Part shown: piece after piece, positions 1-15,469 of the stretch
Layout: the number at the start of each line of letters is the position of its first letter
How positions within the stretch are numbered: the stretch's first letter is position 1
DNA from: Eledone cirrhosa
Lineage: Eukaryota
DNA: 64,000 nt
Direction: 5' to 3'
Assembly: GCA_964016885.1 (NCBI GenBank)
Contig: OZ024742.1
Location: forward strand, 350,920,001 to 350,984,000
Made by a program: the position numbers and the translations under genes
The notes under the pieces: model-generated
What the model saw: only the letters and a program-made list of their open reading frames with translations
Told to the model about the DNA's origin: nothing
Databases searched by the model: none

Positions 1-52
1 ATCAGACTTTCTCGTACGCCATGTATAGTCATTTTATCATTACCACTAAAAG

Positions 53-136
53 GGTCTGACGAGTCGTGGATTACTAGTCGGGCTAGATCGATACAAATCT
101 AACTTTGAGCTGATCGGTGGCGAAACGTGAGTCACC
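53..136 (+). ncRNA. Type I hammerhead ribozyme at a PLE-type 3' end
   Basis: GGT-CTGACGA-GTCG...TGGC-GAAAC-GTGA-GTC-ACC; stem I GGT/ACC; AATAAA at 150-155, then a microsatellite. Confidence 0.75.
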
Positions 137-193
137 AACCAATACATGTAATAAAGTTGTAACCGCTCATCTTTGTTTTATTTTATTATACAT

Positions 194-224
<31 letters not shown>

Positions 225-318
225 CATTTTTATTATACATATATATTATTTTATTATACACACACGCACACACACCCACACACACACCCCGCACGCACAC
301 ACACATATATATATATAT

Positions 319-723
<405 letters not shown>

Positions 724-1224
724 TTATATATTGCTTGAAGCATTATTTTTCAATATACCATGTAGAGAATGCTATGTTTACGAAGTCTAAGACATAGCAG
801 AATGGACGTCGGTAAAATGAAAGCAACGAACAAGTTTGTTACCTTGTATTTTTTTAATTATTATTGCTTTTCTTTCTTTCGTCCTAAAAGTTCAGGACTT
901 AAAATCCCTTCCTCAGAGTATGGGAAACTCACAGAGAAAGACGGTCTGGTTATATACCGCTATGCACTTCAATCTATGTGCCGTACCACCAACTACCCCC
1001 CTCCCCCTACACTACAGGTGAAAACATCCCTCAGAATTTAGAATTTAGAATTATAATTTATGAAACGATTTCGAGCGTTGTATATGAGGTTTGCTGAAGT
1101 ATCCCCCCAAAGCAGGAGGATGACGTCAATCGGCGTATGTATTAACTCATTGACGACAGTGTCTGTTGTTAATTGTTGTGTTTAGTTTGCGAGAGTATGT
1201 GTGGTTGTGTGTCTGTGTCGTGTT

Positions 1225-1500
1225 ATGTCAAGTATTTTGTGCTGAGTTCCATTCTGTTGTAGATTTGTGGTCTGAGCCCACGTATAAACACTGCTTCATT
1301 TCTTCTAAAGTTGACACATTTCTCTCTCTGGCTTCAGTAGTGAATGTTATGATTTTGATGATGAATTTGTATTTGGCAATATCATTTTTGAATGATGATC
1401 CGTGTGTATTGAGGTGCTCTTTAATGTGGGTGAAGCGTGATCATGTTGTACAACCATTGTAAAACTCCTTAGATTTTCCGCATTCAATCGGGGCTACCAC
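1225..1500 (-). pseudogene. Degenerate GIY-YIG endonuclease fragment of a PLE
   Basis: Minus-strand translation across stops/frameshifts: KEFYNGCTT...HIKEHLNTHGSS...NFRRNEAVFIRGLRPQIYNRMEL. Confidence 0.6.
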
Positions 1501-2276
1501 ATGTGTCCGCTGGCCCATTCCAGTGCCATGTATAGTGCAAGTAGTGAGCACTGTATACCTTTTTAGAGAGGTGTCCTCGAAATAAAGCCGCGCAGTGAGC
1601 TAATCGTATGTCCATATAAGGACACGTACACACGCACAAACACGCAACGTAATTATGTCACAAAACAGCATAGTGCGTGCAAGATTTAAGTCGATTCATT
1701 TGTCCCAATACTTGAAAACACAACGTTAAACTCATCAGAATTTGTCAACGATCATTTCATTCGGTTCTCTTATAGACAAACCGTAGGTGTCCATTTGAAA
1801 GGGAAATTAAATTAACAGTGAAAGGGGTTTTCAAGTGTAAAATGACAAAAACATAAAGATAAAACATAAACATGAAGAACAGCTTTCACAAGATATGAAT
1901 TTAATGAAGATGGTTTCTAACTTCAATAGCAGTCAATATATTGCGTATGGCTGTTCCAGACGACCATAGCATATAACGTAAAACAATGAACTGCAATATA
2001 TATATATCCGAGTAATGTTATATATGAACGTTAGAACCTTCAAAGCAAAAGGTTGTGTAATATATAATAAATATTCATGCAGTTTTTAGTTGACACTTTT
2101 CAGGTCTCTTTCCCAAAGCGATACTAACATTGACATAATTATACTGACTATAAAACGTCCTTTGCAAAAGAGACTGCTAAAACAATCATGAAAGAATCTT
2201 TAAGTGACGTCGATTAAAATTTCATGTTAAGTGATGCGGATGGAAAACAAAGAATATGAATAGTTTAACGCGGGGA

Positions 2277-2363
<87 letters not shown>

Positions 2364-2794
2364 CATACATTATATACATATACATATACACTATACACAC
2401 ACACACACATACACACACACACACACACACTTATATATATATATATATATACATATACACACACATATATATGGACATATATATATACATATAAACACAC
2501 AAATATATATGGATATACATGTACACACACACACATACACATATATATTTATATATATATATATATATAAAAGAATAGAAGTGTAACACACAAGTTATTA
2601 TATATTGGTAAACGGAATAGAAAATGCTGACAAATTGTTCACAGTTGAAAAATAGTTTAATTAGGAATCAAAGAGTATTAGTAATTGTATTGGTTAGTAT
2701 TCAGTTGTGGTTTTAAGTTTTTACCGGTTGCGCATTTCTAAATGCTTTTCAAAAATAATTTTGAGATAGAGCGTCCGTGTTGTTAGCTCTGATT

Positions 2795-3552
2795 AGAGGA
2801 AATGTGGTAAGGAACCAGGTGGACCATAACGCACCAAAGTACTCAATACTTAGGGTAGTAGAGTGGGTAATAGGAACAAGACCCCGACGGCTGAGTATTC
2901 TGCCCCCCCCCCCCCAATTTGTTGACCCGTCACCGTACGATACACGCACTTATACCTCGTATAAGGGTCCCTTTATTTCCGTCCCACCTAGTTTATTTCT
3001 ATTATTATTATTTATTTTTTTATTCTACATTATATATATATATATTTTTTTTTTAAATTTATTTATCTATTCTTTTATTCACTTGTTTGTTTATTTATTT
3101 AGTTATGTATTTCTTTAGCCTAGCAATAGCGAGGGACTTATGTCTTAGTAACCAGATTTTGCTTTTTTTTTTCTCTCTCAGTACCTTTTATAGTTTTACC
3201 TTTCATTGTTCTACTTACCGTTTCGACCTCTTCCCCCTCCCCCTCCCCAGTATCCTCTTTGACCTCACACCCAGCTGAAATGGCACTACCAACGCATGAA
3301 TGGGTCTACTCCACCCCCTCTCCCCTATTTCTCCTACCGGCAGGTTTAGCTACCCCTTCCCCCACCAACTTGCCATCACAGATTTACTACTAACTTGTGA
3401 TGTGACCAATCCTGGTGATTATCTCTTTGACCATATATGGAATTACCCCTTGATAAGTTCGGCTATTTAAATACCAGAATTAATTGTCATTCAGTACAGA
3501 ATTAGCCGTCGAAACGGCTTGAGCTCAGCCGTCGGGGTCTTACTTGTTCCTA
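2795..3552 (+). mobile_element. PLE-type 3' end (family F) with inverted 5' arm and core-mutated hammerhead at 3446-3537
   Basis: 2870-2895 is inverted to 3524-3552; CCCC-TTGATAA-...GAAACGGC-TTGAGCTCA-GCCGTC-GGGG; same family at 24105-24325. Confidence 0.7.
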
Positions 3553-3564
3553 TATATATATATA

Positions 3565-3840
3565 GATAGCTAGAGTTATAAACTTAAAATAGTCTTTTAC
3601 AATTAAATAGCTCAAAGAAGGAAATATTTCCAAGCAGTGTAATACAATTGAATATATGATAGGGTTGAACACAGATACAAGTATACATGTGTTCCAATTG
3701 TAAATGATCAAGTTAGCTAGGTTGAATAATACTAATTTAAAATAATTAGTATTTTTCAACCTAGCTAACTTGGTCATTTGCAATTGGAACACATGTATAC
3801 TTATATCTGTGTTCAACCCTATCATATATTCAATTGTATA
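3565..3840. repeat. Fold-back insertion (~95-bp arms, 3642-3839) with one-sided tail between TA tracts
   Basis: Near-perfect inverted repeat centred near 3740. Confidence 0.8.
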
Positions 3841-3855
3841 TATATATATATATAT

Positions 3856-4505
3856 AATTAAGTTAAAAATGTACATCCACATATGTATACTGAAATACTA
3901 GTATGCATATGAATACACACACGTATACATATGTAGATGTACCGAGTTTTTCACTGGTCACTTTACTGTGAGTGTCCAGCTATTCTGTATGTAAACACAC
4001 AGACAAACCGGTTTTTAGAGTCATACTGGTTTTTGAGGAAACACCTTTCCTCTATTCTTCAGAAAGCCAGACAAGGAATATTGGACTAGTTTCGATGTTG
4101 TTACATCTCATCAGCAATATTTACCTATCTTCCGGCCTTTCTAGAGAATCGTAAAAGCACATATCGTTATATGCTTTTTCTATGAAAATTAGTAGTGGGC
4201 AGACTAATTTGCATAGAGCGTGAGTACGTACCGGTTCAACGGAGACGATAAAAACAAATAACGAAACGAAATTAAATTTCGTTTCGTTTGTAACTCACTT
4301 TTGTATGACTGACGCTTAAACAATTAAGTTAAAAATGTACATCCACATATGTATACTGAAATACTAGTATGCATATGAATACACACACGTATACATATGT
4401 AGATGTACCGAGTTTTTCACTGGTCACTTTACTGTGAGTGTCCGTCATACAAAAGTGAGTTACAAACGAAACGAAATTTAATTTCGTTTCGTTATTTGTT
4501 TTTAT
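3856..4505 (-). mobile_element. ORF-less hammerhead-containing tandem unit (~467-bp period), retrozyme-like
   Basis: Direct repeat 3856-3977 = 4323-4444; inverted 4249-4310/4445-4503; intact hammerhead 4077-4121; TA flanks. Confidence 0.75.
4077..4121 (-). ncRNA. Minimal type I hammerhead ribozyme
   Basis: AATATTG-CTGATGA-GATG-taacaa-CATC-GAAAC-TA-GTC-CAATATT; all core nucleotides intact, 7-bp stem I. Confidence 0.9.
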
Positions 4506-4610
4506 ATATATATATATATATATACGTAGGTCCCGGGTTGAGTCGGGGATAACCACAGTAAGTAAGGTACTCAATACATGGCAGAGTAACATTTTTTATT
4601 TTATAGAAGG

Positions 4611-4661
4611 AGCTTCTACAGGACTAGTACTGTTTCATTCAGATGAAATCTTCAGGAAGCT
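4611..4661 (-). ncRNA. Hammerhead ribozyme (family G, left arm)
   Basis: AGCTTC-CTGAAGA-TTTCA-tc-TGAAT-GAAACAG-tactagtc-CTGTA-GAAGCT. Confidence 0.85.
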
Positions 4662-5194
4662 GGGTGTCATATTAAGTTCTGGTATTTATACATTTAGGTA
4701 GTGGTAAGGGAGGGTGGAAGGGGGTTGGGTGGGTTGGTGGGATGGTATTTAGGTACTCAGGACCACTTCATGGCACAGGCCGTTTTCTCTTTAAGGAGTG
4801 GTCAATCACCAGAGTGGTTTTTTGAAATAAATACATAAGTAAATAAATAAATAAATGAATAAACAGATAAAAGAATAAATAAATAAAATAAATAAAAAAA
4901 TAAATAAAAATAAATAAATAAAAAACCCAACAATAGTAATTCAACAGATATATAGTATGGAAATTTATGTGGGTTGGTAATAGAAACATTTAACAAGACC
5001 GAATCATGGCACAGACTGGGGTGAGTGGTCAAGTTAACATACAAGCCACAGGTGGCCAGAGTGTTTTTGTAGGAAGGAAAGAATAAAATATATTTACATA
5101 CTCACAACCACATACAAAAACACTTACACACACATATATATAAACACACATATATATACACACACATATTTAAACACTTACACACACATATATA

Positions 5195-5265
<71 letters not shown>

Positions 5266-5291
5266 GTGTGTGTGCACACCAACACACCCAC

Positions 5292-5322
<31 letters not shown>

Positions 5323-5733
5323 CACACACACACATATGTGTGCGTATACACATACACACACACACATACATATACACACACACACACATACATACATACA
5401 CATATGTACATATATACACAAGGAAAACCCAAACACACAAATATACACACACACACGCATACACATACACACACCTATATATCTACACATACACACGTGC
5501 GCATACACATACATATATATATATATACATATATATGTATACATATATATATATATATATATACACACCTACATGTACGTATGTCTCTCTCGTGTAAACT
5601 ATACTATACATACACATACATACATATGCACACACATACATCCACATACATGCACACACACACACACACACAAACACATACATTCACACATATATATACA
5701 TATATACACATACACACACACATACATATAAAA

Positions 5734-5797
<64 letters not shown>

Positions 5798-5803
5798 GTA
5801 CAC

Positions 5804-5836
<33 letters not shown>

Positions 5837-6244
5837 TATATATATATATTTGTTTATCTGTTTGTTTGTTTGTTTGTTTGTTAGTTAACTCATTCATTTA
5901 TTTATTAATTTATGAGTGAATGATTAGGTAATGAATAGATAAGGGATAAAAGATAGGTAACGAACAGTGAATGGTAAATAGTAAGTAATAAATAATAAAT
6001 AGTAATTAATTACTTCATGATAATATTAATAACTTAATAGTGACTTTAATTATTTTATCCTCTATCAGGCCCAGTTTAAAATTTAAAATTTAAAATTAAA
6101 ATCTGTCCCACTACCTTTATACTATAGACACATGTATGAGTGCGAACGAGTGCGTGTTTGTGCATATGCGTTTATGTGTACTTATTTGTATTTATGTATG
6201 TGTATGTATGCGTGTTTGCTTGTAAATGTGTATGTGTGTGTATG

Positions 6245-7025
<781 letters not shown>

Positions 7026-7789
7026 ACATACACACACATACACATTTACAAGCAAACACGCATACATACACATACATAAATACAAATAAGTACACATAAA
7101 CGCATATGCACAAACACGCACTCGTTCGCACTCATACATGTGTCTATAGTATAAAGGTAGTGGGACAAATTTTAATTTTAAATTTTAAATTTTAAATTTT
7201 AAACTGGGCCTGATAGAGTATAAAATAATTAAAGTCACTATTAAGTTATTAATATTATCATCAAGTAATTAATTACTATTTATTATTTATTACTTACTAT
7301 TTACCATTCACTATTCGTTACCTATCTTTTATCCCTTATCTATTCATTACCTAATCATTCACTCATAAATTAATAAATAAATGAATGAGTTAACTAACAA
7401 ACAAACAAACAAATAAACAGATAAACAAATAAACCAGTAAATAAGTAAATAAATAAACAAATAAATAAATAAATGGATAAATAAAGAAATAAGTAAATAA
7501 AGTAACTAAATAAATAAATAAATAAATAAGTAAATAAATAAATATACAGTTAAATAGATAAATAAATCATGGACGTGTGCGTGCAGCAGTTCATAACTGC
7601 ACGTATGCAAACATGAGCAGGTATATACGTGAATTTGTGTGTGCGGCCACGGAACTTTACTCAGAGGCATACAACACAATATATAAGACCTGGAGGAAAG
7701 AAGGTAATAATGAGAGATAGAGGGGAGGAAAGAGGGTAATAATGAGAGATGGAGGGACGGAAATGGGAGGGGGGGTGATATGGGGGGAG

Positions 7790-8031
7790 GGTCAGTCGGG
7801 GAACCGGGGGGTCTGTATTTTTTGTAATTTGCATAGTTCTTGTGCATGCAATTAGGGGAGTGTTCCGAGATCTTGTTGAGGAGAGGGCCTTTGGCGAATA
7901 GAATCTCATAGCTCTCGGAGATACAGATGTCACAGCAATTATGGCCTCCCGTGTATGATCGCGCTCTCTGGAGTAGTCTCCATTGGGTCTTGAAGGGGAT
8001 GGAGTTCCCTTTTAGGTGCCAGATGTGGGCA
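7790..8031 (-). pseudogene. C-terminus of PLE ORF (end of GIY-YIG region)
   Basis: AHIWHLKGNSIPFKTQWRLLQRARSYTGGHNCCDICISESYEILFAKGPLLNKISEHSPNCMHK parallels the ORF ends at 41050-41290 and 53950-54170. Confidence 0.8.
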
Positions 8032-8380
8032 CCTAAACAAGATCTCGGAACACTCCCCTAATTGCATGCACAAGAACTATGCAAATTACAAAAAATACAG
8101 ATCCCCCGGTTCCCCGACTGACCCTCCCCCCATATCACCCCCCCCCCCTCCCATTTCCGTCCCTCCATCTCTCATTATTACCCTCTTTCCTCCCCTCTAT
8201 CTCTCATTAGTACCTTCTTTCCTCCCCTCCAGGTCTTATATATTGTGTTGTATGCCTCTGAGTAAAGTTCCGTGGCCGCACACACAAATTCACGTATATA
8301 CCTGCTCATGTTTGCATACGTGCAGTTATGAACTGCTGCACGCACACATCCATGATTTATTTATCTATTTAACTGTATAT

Positions 8381-8415
<35 letters not shown>

Positions 8416-8911
8416 GTTACTTTATTTACTTATTTCTTTATTTATCCATTTATTTATTTATTTGTTTATTTATTTGCTTATTTACTGGTTTATTTGTTTA
8501 TCTGTTTGTTTGTTTGTTTGTTTGTTAGTTAACTCATTCATTTATTTATTAATTTATGAGTGAATGATTAGGTAATGAATAGATAAGGGATAAAAGATAG
8601 GTAACGAATAGTGAATGGTAAATAGTAAGTAATAAATAATAAATAGTAATTAATTACTTGATGATAATATTAATAACTTAATAGTGACTTTAATTATGTT
8701 ATCCTCTATCAGGCCCAGTTTAAAATTTAAAATTTAAAATTAAAATTTGTCCCACTACCTTTATACTATAGACACATGTATGAGTGCGAACGAGTGCGTG
8801 TTTGTGCATATGCGTTTATGTGTACTTATTTGTATGTATGTATGTGTATGTATGCGTGTTTGCTTGTAAATGTGTATGTGTGTGTATGTATATATGTATA
8901 TATATATATTA

Positions 8912-9520
8912 TGTCAGGTCACCAGTTGGTGCTACTGGTAACATGTATCCCAGTACAACCTGTCTCATGGTCGGGTCGTTGGCGACTAAACTGGCAACCC
9001 CACCAAGGTTTCTTGGTGAGGAGGGGGACTTTGGACATCCTGCAGGACTAAAAACAAAACCTGTCAAAGGGCAAAGGAGCTCTTAAGAGTCAATGGTCAT
9101 CCAAAATCACTGGGAGAGATGACCCCTTAGCCTTTGTCAAGGCAGAATTCTAGGAGAAGGAAAACTCTGATATAACACCTGCAACCCTGATGGTATCCAA
9201 TGATGTTGACTTGTTCTTCTTTTTGGTACATATCATCTTGTTTAAGAGAGTGGGACTGGCTTTGTGCAGTGCCTTTGCTCACTATAAAAGCTTCACGGCA
9301 CAGGCATTGCTTTATATCTGGAGATCTCTCTGCACTCCTCGTCAGATGGTACCATGGGCCCAGCACTAAGTGTCAATAATTGTCAAAAGTGTGGTGTTCG
9401 TGCCGGAGTTTTCGGGTCGCTGGCTGGACTAAGGAGTCACACTCGTTCAGCGTATCGGTAAGGGTTCTCTTACATGGATATAAAGTAGTGGCCGCACTCG
9501 AAAACGAGTTGGCAGCCACC
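8912..9520 (+). mobile_element. Internally deleted, non-autonomous RTE (BovB-like) derivative inserted in (TA)n
   Basis: RTE 5'UTR-like TCTAGGAGAAGGAAAACTCTG; 3' remnant encodes GSLAGLRSHTR (terminal C2H2-like motif); absent from the mirror arm. Confidence 0.6.
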
Positions 9521-9545
9521 ATATATATATATATATGTATGTATA

Positions 9546-9584
<39 letters not shown>

Positions 9585-9586
9585 AT

Positions 9587-9629
<43 letters not shown>

Positions 9630-9768
9630 TATATGTATGAGATTTTATATGTATGTGAGAATGTATGTGTTTGTGTGTGTGTGTATGTATGTGTATGTAT
9701 GTGTGTGCATATGTATGTATGTGTATGTATAGTATAGTTTACACGAGTGACATATGTACATGTAGGTG

Positions 9769-9829
<61 letters not shown>

Positions 9830-9942
9830 ACATATATATGTATATATATATATATATGTATGTGTATGCGCACGTGTGTATGTGTAGATATATAAGTGTG
9901 TGCATGTGTATGCGTGTGTGTGTGTGTGGGTGTGTAGGTGTG

Positions 9943-10001
<59 letters not shown>

Positions 10002-10502
10002 TTAAGTGGTTAAATATGTGTGTGTATATATATATATATGTGTGTGTAAGTGTTTTTGTATGTGGTTGTGAGCTTGTAAATATATTTTATTCTTTCCTTC
10101 CTACAAAAACACACTGGCCACCTGTGGCTTGTATGTTAACTTGACCACTCACCCCAGTCTGTGCCATGATTCGGTCTTGTTAAATGTTTCTATTACCAAC
10201 CCACCTAAATTTCCCTACTTTATATCTGTTGAATTACTATTGTTGGGGTTTTTATTTATTTATTTTTATTTATTTATTTATTTATTTTATTTATTTATTC
10301 TTTTATCTATTTATTCATTTATTTATTTATTTACTCATTTATTTATTTCAAAAAAACCACTCTGGCTGATTGACCACTCCCCAAAGAAAAAACGGCCTGT
10401 GCCATGAAGTGGTCCTGAGTAACTAAATACCATCCACCCCCTTCCACCAACCCTCCCTTACCACTACCTAAATGTATAAATACCAGAACTTAATAGACAC
10501 CC

Positions 10503-10553
10503 AGCTTCCTGAAGATTTCATCTGAATGAAACAGTACTAGTCCTGTAGAAGCT
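10503..10553 (+). ncRNA. Hammerhead ribozyme (family G, right arm)
   Basis: Exact inverted copy of 4611-4661. Confidence 0.85.
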
Positions 10554-10568
10554 CCTTCTATAAAATAA

Positions 10569-10609
<41 letters not shown>

Positions 10610-10640
10610 TACACATATATATATACACACATATATATAC

Positions 10641-10677
<37 letters not shown>

Positions 10678-10695
10678 TACATACACACATACATG

Positions 10696-10768
<73 letters not shown>

Positions 10769-10947
10769 ATATATATATATATGTATATATATATATATGG
10801 ATTAGAATACTGGAGCGTGTTTGAGTCAAACACCCTCTTCGTATTATAGAAATGACAGTAAAAGGTATAGCTCAATGCAGTTAAACAGAGCCGAAAAATT
10901 AAGAGAGTAAAACAAAGAATCCTTTAATACATCAAAAGTTTTTATTA

Positions 10948-10985
10948 GCCGACAATGTTTCGTCCTATTAAGGACTCATCAGGGC
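10948..10985 (-). ncRNA. Hammerhead ribozyme (family H, left arm)
   Basis: Reverse complement of 12011-12048. Confidence 0.9.
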
Positions 10986-11315
10986 AATCAAAACAACAAG
11001 AGGTAATTTCGGCAGATACAAGCCAGAAACTCTGAAGAATATGGAGTTTACATACACTAATGTCTTACAAAGATATACGATAATAAAAATGAAGATAAAA
11101 ATAATAAAATTATAATAACTAAGGATGTAGATAACATTAAGAACCATATTACAAATATAGTCCAAAGTCACCAACTTAAATCTAAACAAATTTGGTTATA
11201 TAGAGCAGGAATTATATATAACACAGTATAATACATTCTAATAATAATATATCTATACCAACATTAAAGTTCAAAATTAAAAATCAAAAGGTACAATATA
11301 TACATGTATATATGT

Positions 11316-11355
<40 letters not shown>

Positions 11356-12010
11356 TACAATACACATATCTATTTTCTATTACACAGAAATTAAGCCCTA
11401 TTGGAAGTTTGCACATCAAAAATATCAAAAATAAGCATGGTAATAGTGAAAATAATGCTAATACATCTACCCAATATACATGAGGCAATAATATGATATC
11501 ATATTATTATCATATTATTGCCTCATGTATATTGGGTAGATGTATTAGCATTATTTTCACTATTACCATGCTTATTTTTGATATTTTTGATGTGCAAACT
11601 TCCAATAGGGCTTAATTTCTGTGTAATAGAAAATAGATATGTGTATTGTAATATGTGTGTGTGTGTGTGTGTGTGTGCGCACATATATACATGTATATAT
11701 TGTACCTTTTGATTTTTAATTTGGAACTTTAATGTTGGTATAGATATATTATTATTAGAATGTATTATACTGTGTTATATATAACTCCTGCTCTATATAA
11801 CCAAATTTGTTTAGATTTAAGTTGGTGACTTTGGACTATATTTGTAATATGGTTCTTAATGTTATCTACATCCTTAGTTATTATAATTTTATTATTTTTA
11901 TCTTCATTTTTATATTCGTATATCTTTGTAAGACATTAGTGTATGTAAACTCCATATTCTTCAGAGTTTCTGGCTTGTATCTGCCGAAATTACCTCTTGT
12001 TGTTTTGATT

Positions 12011-12048
12011 GCCCTGATGAGTCCTTAATAGGACGAAACATTGTCGGC
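12011..12048 (+). ncRNA. Canonical type I hammerhead ribozyme (family H)
   Basis: GCC-CTGATGA-GTCC-ttaata-GGAC-GAAAC-att-GTC-GGC followed by AATAAA. Confidence 0.92.
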
Positions 12049-12150
12049 TAATAAAAACTTTTGATGTATTAAAGGATTCTTTGTTTTACTCTCTTAATAT
12101 ATATATATATATATGTATACACACATACACACACACATATATATGCATAC

Positions 12151-12191
<41 letters not shown>

Positions 12192-12202
12192 CACACACAC
12201 AT

Positions 12203-12388
12203 ATCTATCTATCTATCTAAGGCGGGTAAGATTCCCGAGATCCATGGACGAGTTCTCTCCAGCGGTCTCTGTCCCTCATTATCGCTGCCGTATCCTGCAT
12301 CTCCAACAGACCAGTGTCTGTCCTTAGGGCATCAACATATGTTAACCTTGGTCTTCCTCTTCTAGTGTGTCCATGTAGGGGCTCCCTA
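12203..12388 (-). mobile_element. 3' end of RTE/RTEX-type LINE with (TAGA)n tail
   Basis: EPLHGHTRRGRPRLTYVDALRTDTG...MRDRDRWRELV then stop and TAGA repeats. Confidence 0.75.
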
Positions 12389-12929
12389 CATACGTATATA
12401 TATCTATATCTATATATATATACGTATATATATATCTATATCAATATATATATATATATATCTCAAGTAGAGATTAAAATTGGCACTCCCAAAATTCTTA
12501 CTTAGATTTACTCATGGTATTCTCATTAGAAACCCATTATATACTTGTTTAGCAGTAAATTAATTTACCATCTGTCATATACTACCCCCTCTGTTTCTTC
12601 CCCTACTACTAATATAAATACTTCAATTTTTCTGATTTTATCCAATTTATCCAAAATCTCTGAAGAAGTGACAACTGATTATACATTTGCTATCGAATAC
12701 TTGCTAACATTATATGATTACGCAAGCAGCGATACATAGGTATTCAGTCTGTTACAGAAACATATGTCAATACCTAATAAATTCCTTTTTTAAAAAAAGC
12801 ACTTTCATTTTATATTCATCCTTTCTACATTTTCTCCGGAATATAATTTATACTCGTTGAGCAAACCTGCACGTACGCTGTTCATCTCTAACGTAACGAT
12901 ATATTATCACTACATTATTGATAACCTGA

Positions 12930-12989
<60 letters not shown>

Positions 12990-13644
12990 ACACACATACA
13001 CACACACATATATATACATACGTATATATATATATATTTGTGTGTGTGTGTGTGTTTCTGTTTCCACATACAATCTTACATCTTTCAACTGTCTCACATC
13101 TTGCGTCATTTACGCACACAATTATGTCGTCCAGGTGTGTATTAACTGTGTTTATTGGTTTTACTTTAAAGACCCATTGCCAATCAATATTGGTACCTAC
13201 CATACCTACCATTTACAAAAATGTACGCAAATGTTTATAGATTAAAGAAGACTCTTCTATTGAACAAATAATATCGATAACGAATTTCTATGAAAAGTCT
13301 GAGTAAATATGATGGAAACATTTCGGTGATATAAATTTGGTGAAGCCACCGATGTCATAATTATGCGAAAACTAAAATTTACTGAAAAGAGAAAATAGAA
13401 AGTTGATTTTATTTGTGTTAAAAGGTAAATGAGATTTTGATATTTCTAGATTTTTTGGTTCATTCATTATTACGTTGGAGAGGTCTGTTGTGTTTTGAAG
13501 TATACCTCTTAGTTTAGCGGAATGCTGTGTATTACAGGAGACAGTTTGTAAATTGAGTTGAGCTAAAATTCGAAGTCACTCTCAAAATATCCATACTCCA
13601 ATATCTGTTTTCTCCCCTTTTATTGATTACTGTTTTACTTCGCC

Positions 13645-14040
13645 TAATTATTCCTGAGAGGGTCATGGGGAAAGTGTCCTCAAACACTCCTTCAAGTGGG
13701 TATCGTTAGGGGCAACCGTCTCCACCTGATCTGGGTGGAATCCCAAGCGAGACCAGTCAAGCTTATGGATGTTATCCAACTATCATGCTCAGGGTTTACC
13801 CTAGGTCTCCTGTAGGTTGGGTTTGCTCCCACAATGTGTCCAGTCATTCTTTCCTGAGAATTCTAATTACATGCCTATAGTATTGGAGCTGTGATCTCTC
13901 AATTCGGAGAACTAGGGGCTCTATTTGGAGGGACGCTCTGATCTTCGAGCTAGGCACTTTATCGAAGAACCCGTTTCAACAGCTTAATTTTGGGATAGTA
14001 TCCTTCTAGTCATTACCCAAGATTCACACACACTACATGG
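13645..14040 (-). mobile_element. Degenerate RTE-clade (Expander/Rex3-like) LINE 3' fragment
   Basis: Minus strand CESWVMTRR...RRPR...LDNIHKLDWSRLGIPP. Confidence 0.7.
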
Positions 14041-15469
14041 CATATATAAATATTCTATCATCGTTCCCAATATATGGGAACATTCTGAGCGATTCTTAGT
14101 CGTTACTTTTCTCTGTAGACTAAACGCTAAAAACCATATCTTCTTCTCATGGCAAGACATTGACCAACATTTTAGAAGTTCTTTAAAATACCTTCTTATT
14201 GCTTATAATCTATGTCAATATTACAAATCATATGGTGACAGTCAAGAGGAAGTATTCGTATATAATAGGAAGTTCCAATCAATGTAATGTTTTTCGTCGT
14301 ATGCGGGATACACATATTTATCACATTATTTGTTTTCCAAGGAGATTAATGGCCACATCAAAGTCATGTAAATGTAGACAATAATGACGTTCTTATAATA
14401 TACATATTATTATGTTTATGTGATATAGTTTGTCTTATGTTTTATAGTTTATTAGAAGTATTATATATCTATGTATATCGATTTGCAACAAATCTAAATG
14501 TATTTTTAGGATATAAGCCCGGTGATAAATAATATGGTTCATACTTTTATGATCATTGAGCACGACACTTCACTCCTATTTGTCATATAGTCTGTGTAAA
14601 ATAAACAAATCATAAACCTGTATTAACTTGTGTAGCTTCACCAGAATATATATATATATATGTGTGTGTGTGTGGGGGGGGGGGGGGAGTATGCGTGTAT
14701 TTTCGTTTGTGTGGGTGTGGGTGTGTGTGTGCAGAAATGTAGTAATAAAAAAAAAAGATGAAGGGAATTTAATGGTAGTTTTTAGGGCCACATGAACTAA
14801 CCTAACTTCCTAAGTCTTTATAATGACATTTGTAGTATTGTCTCCATTTGTTTAGAAGTTCAAACACGTTTGAGAAAAAGAAAATTGTTTTGAAACAGCC
14901 AAAGGATATTAATATATCAATTCAAAAGATGTAAACAGGTCCACACTTTAATCTACTAATTAGCCATTTCTGATATTGTCTTAAAGGTATTCTTGAAATG
15001 GTATACATAGATTAAATAGCTTAAGCATTGGTAAAACATTAATATCGAATATGACACGGTTCAATCAGGAAATCTAAAAATACAGGATAACAATATTTGT
15101 GCGTCCTAATCTCGGTAATTTCTCTTTCTCTATTTTACCTAAACAACAACAAGACTAAATTGTACAACAGAATCTCACTGCTTCAACGTCGTGTCTATGT
15201 TATATAATATTGTATACTAGGTATAGTATAATTGTACCTAGTTATGTTATAATTGTACCTAGGTATGTTAGCAATCGATTTGAAGGGCGGGTTTAATCGA
15301 TTATTTTCAAGCATCGTACATGAACATTACTGTAAATTGTCGAAATTAGAGGGAAACAAAAAACTAATGTTACCCCAAGTGGAATTTGAACTTAAGGACA
15401 GAAATATGTATTGCAAAGTATTTAGACCGATCCACTAGCAACAATTTCATTGTCAACAACACCAACAAT

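Larger units (their letters stand above)
10798..12097. mobile_element. 1.3-kb fold-back PLE 3'UTR insertion (family H)
   Basis: 10898-11495 inverted to 11510-12098; left arm carries an extra ~100-nt tail; TA flanks. Confidence 0.9.

Noticed and set aside
865-950. Possible hammerhead on the minus strand (CTGAGGA, GTCCT..AGGAC-GAAA)
   Set aside because: Core elements could not be placed in one consistent three-way junction
1732-1738. CTGATGA on the minus strand
   Set aside because: No stem II or GAAA downstream
8079-8086. ATGCAAAT octamer
   Set aside because: Lies inside PLE coding sequence (NYANY codons); likely coincidental
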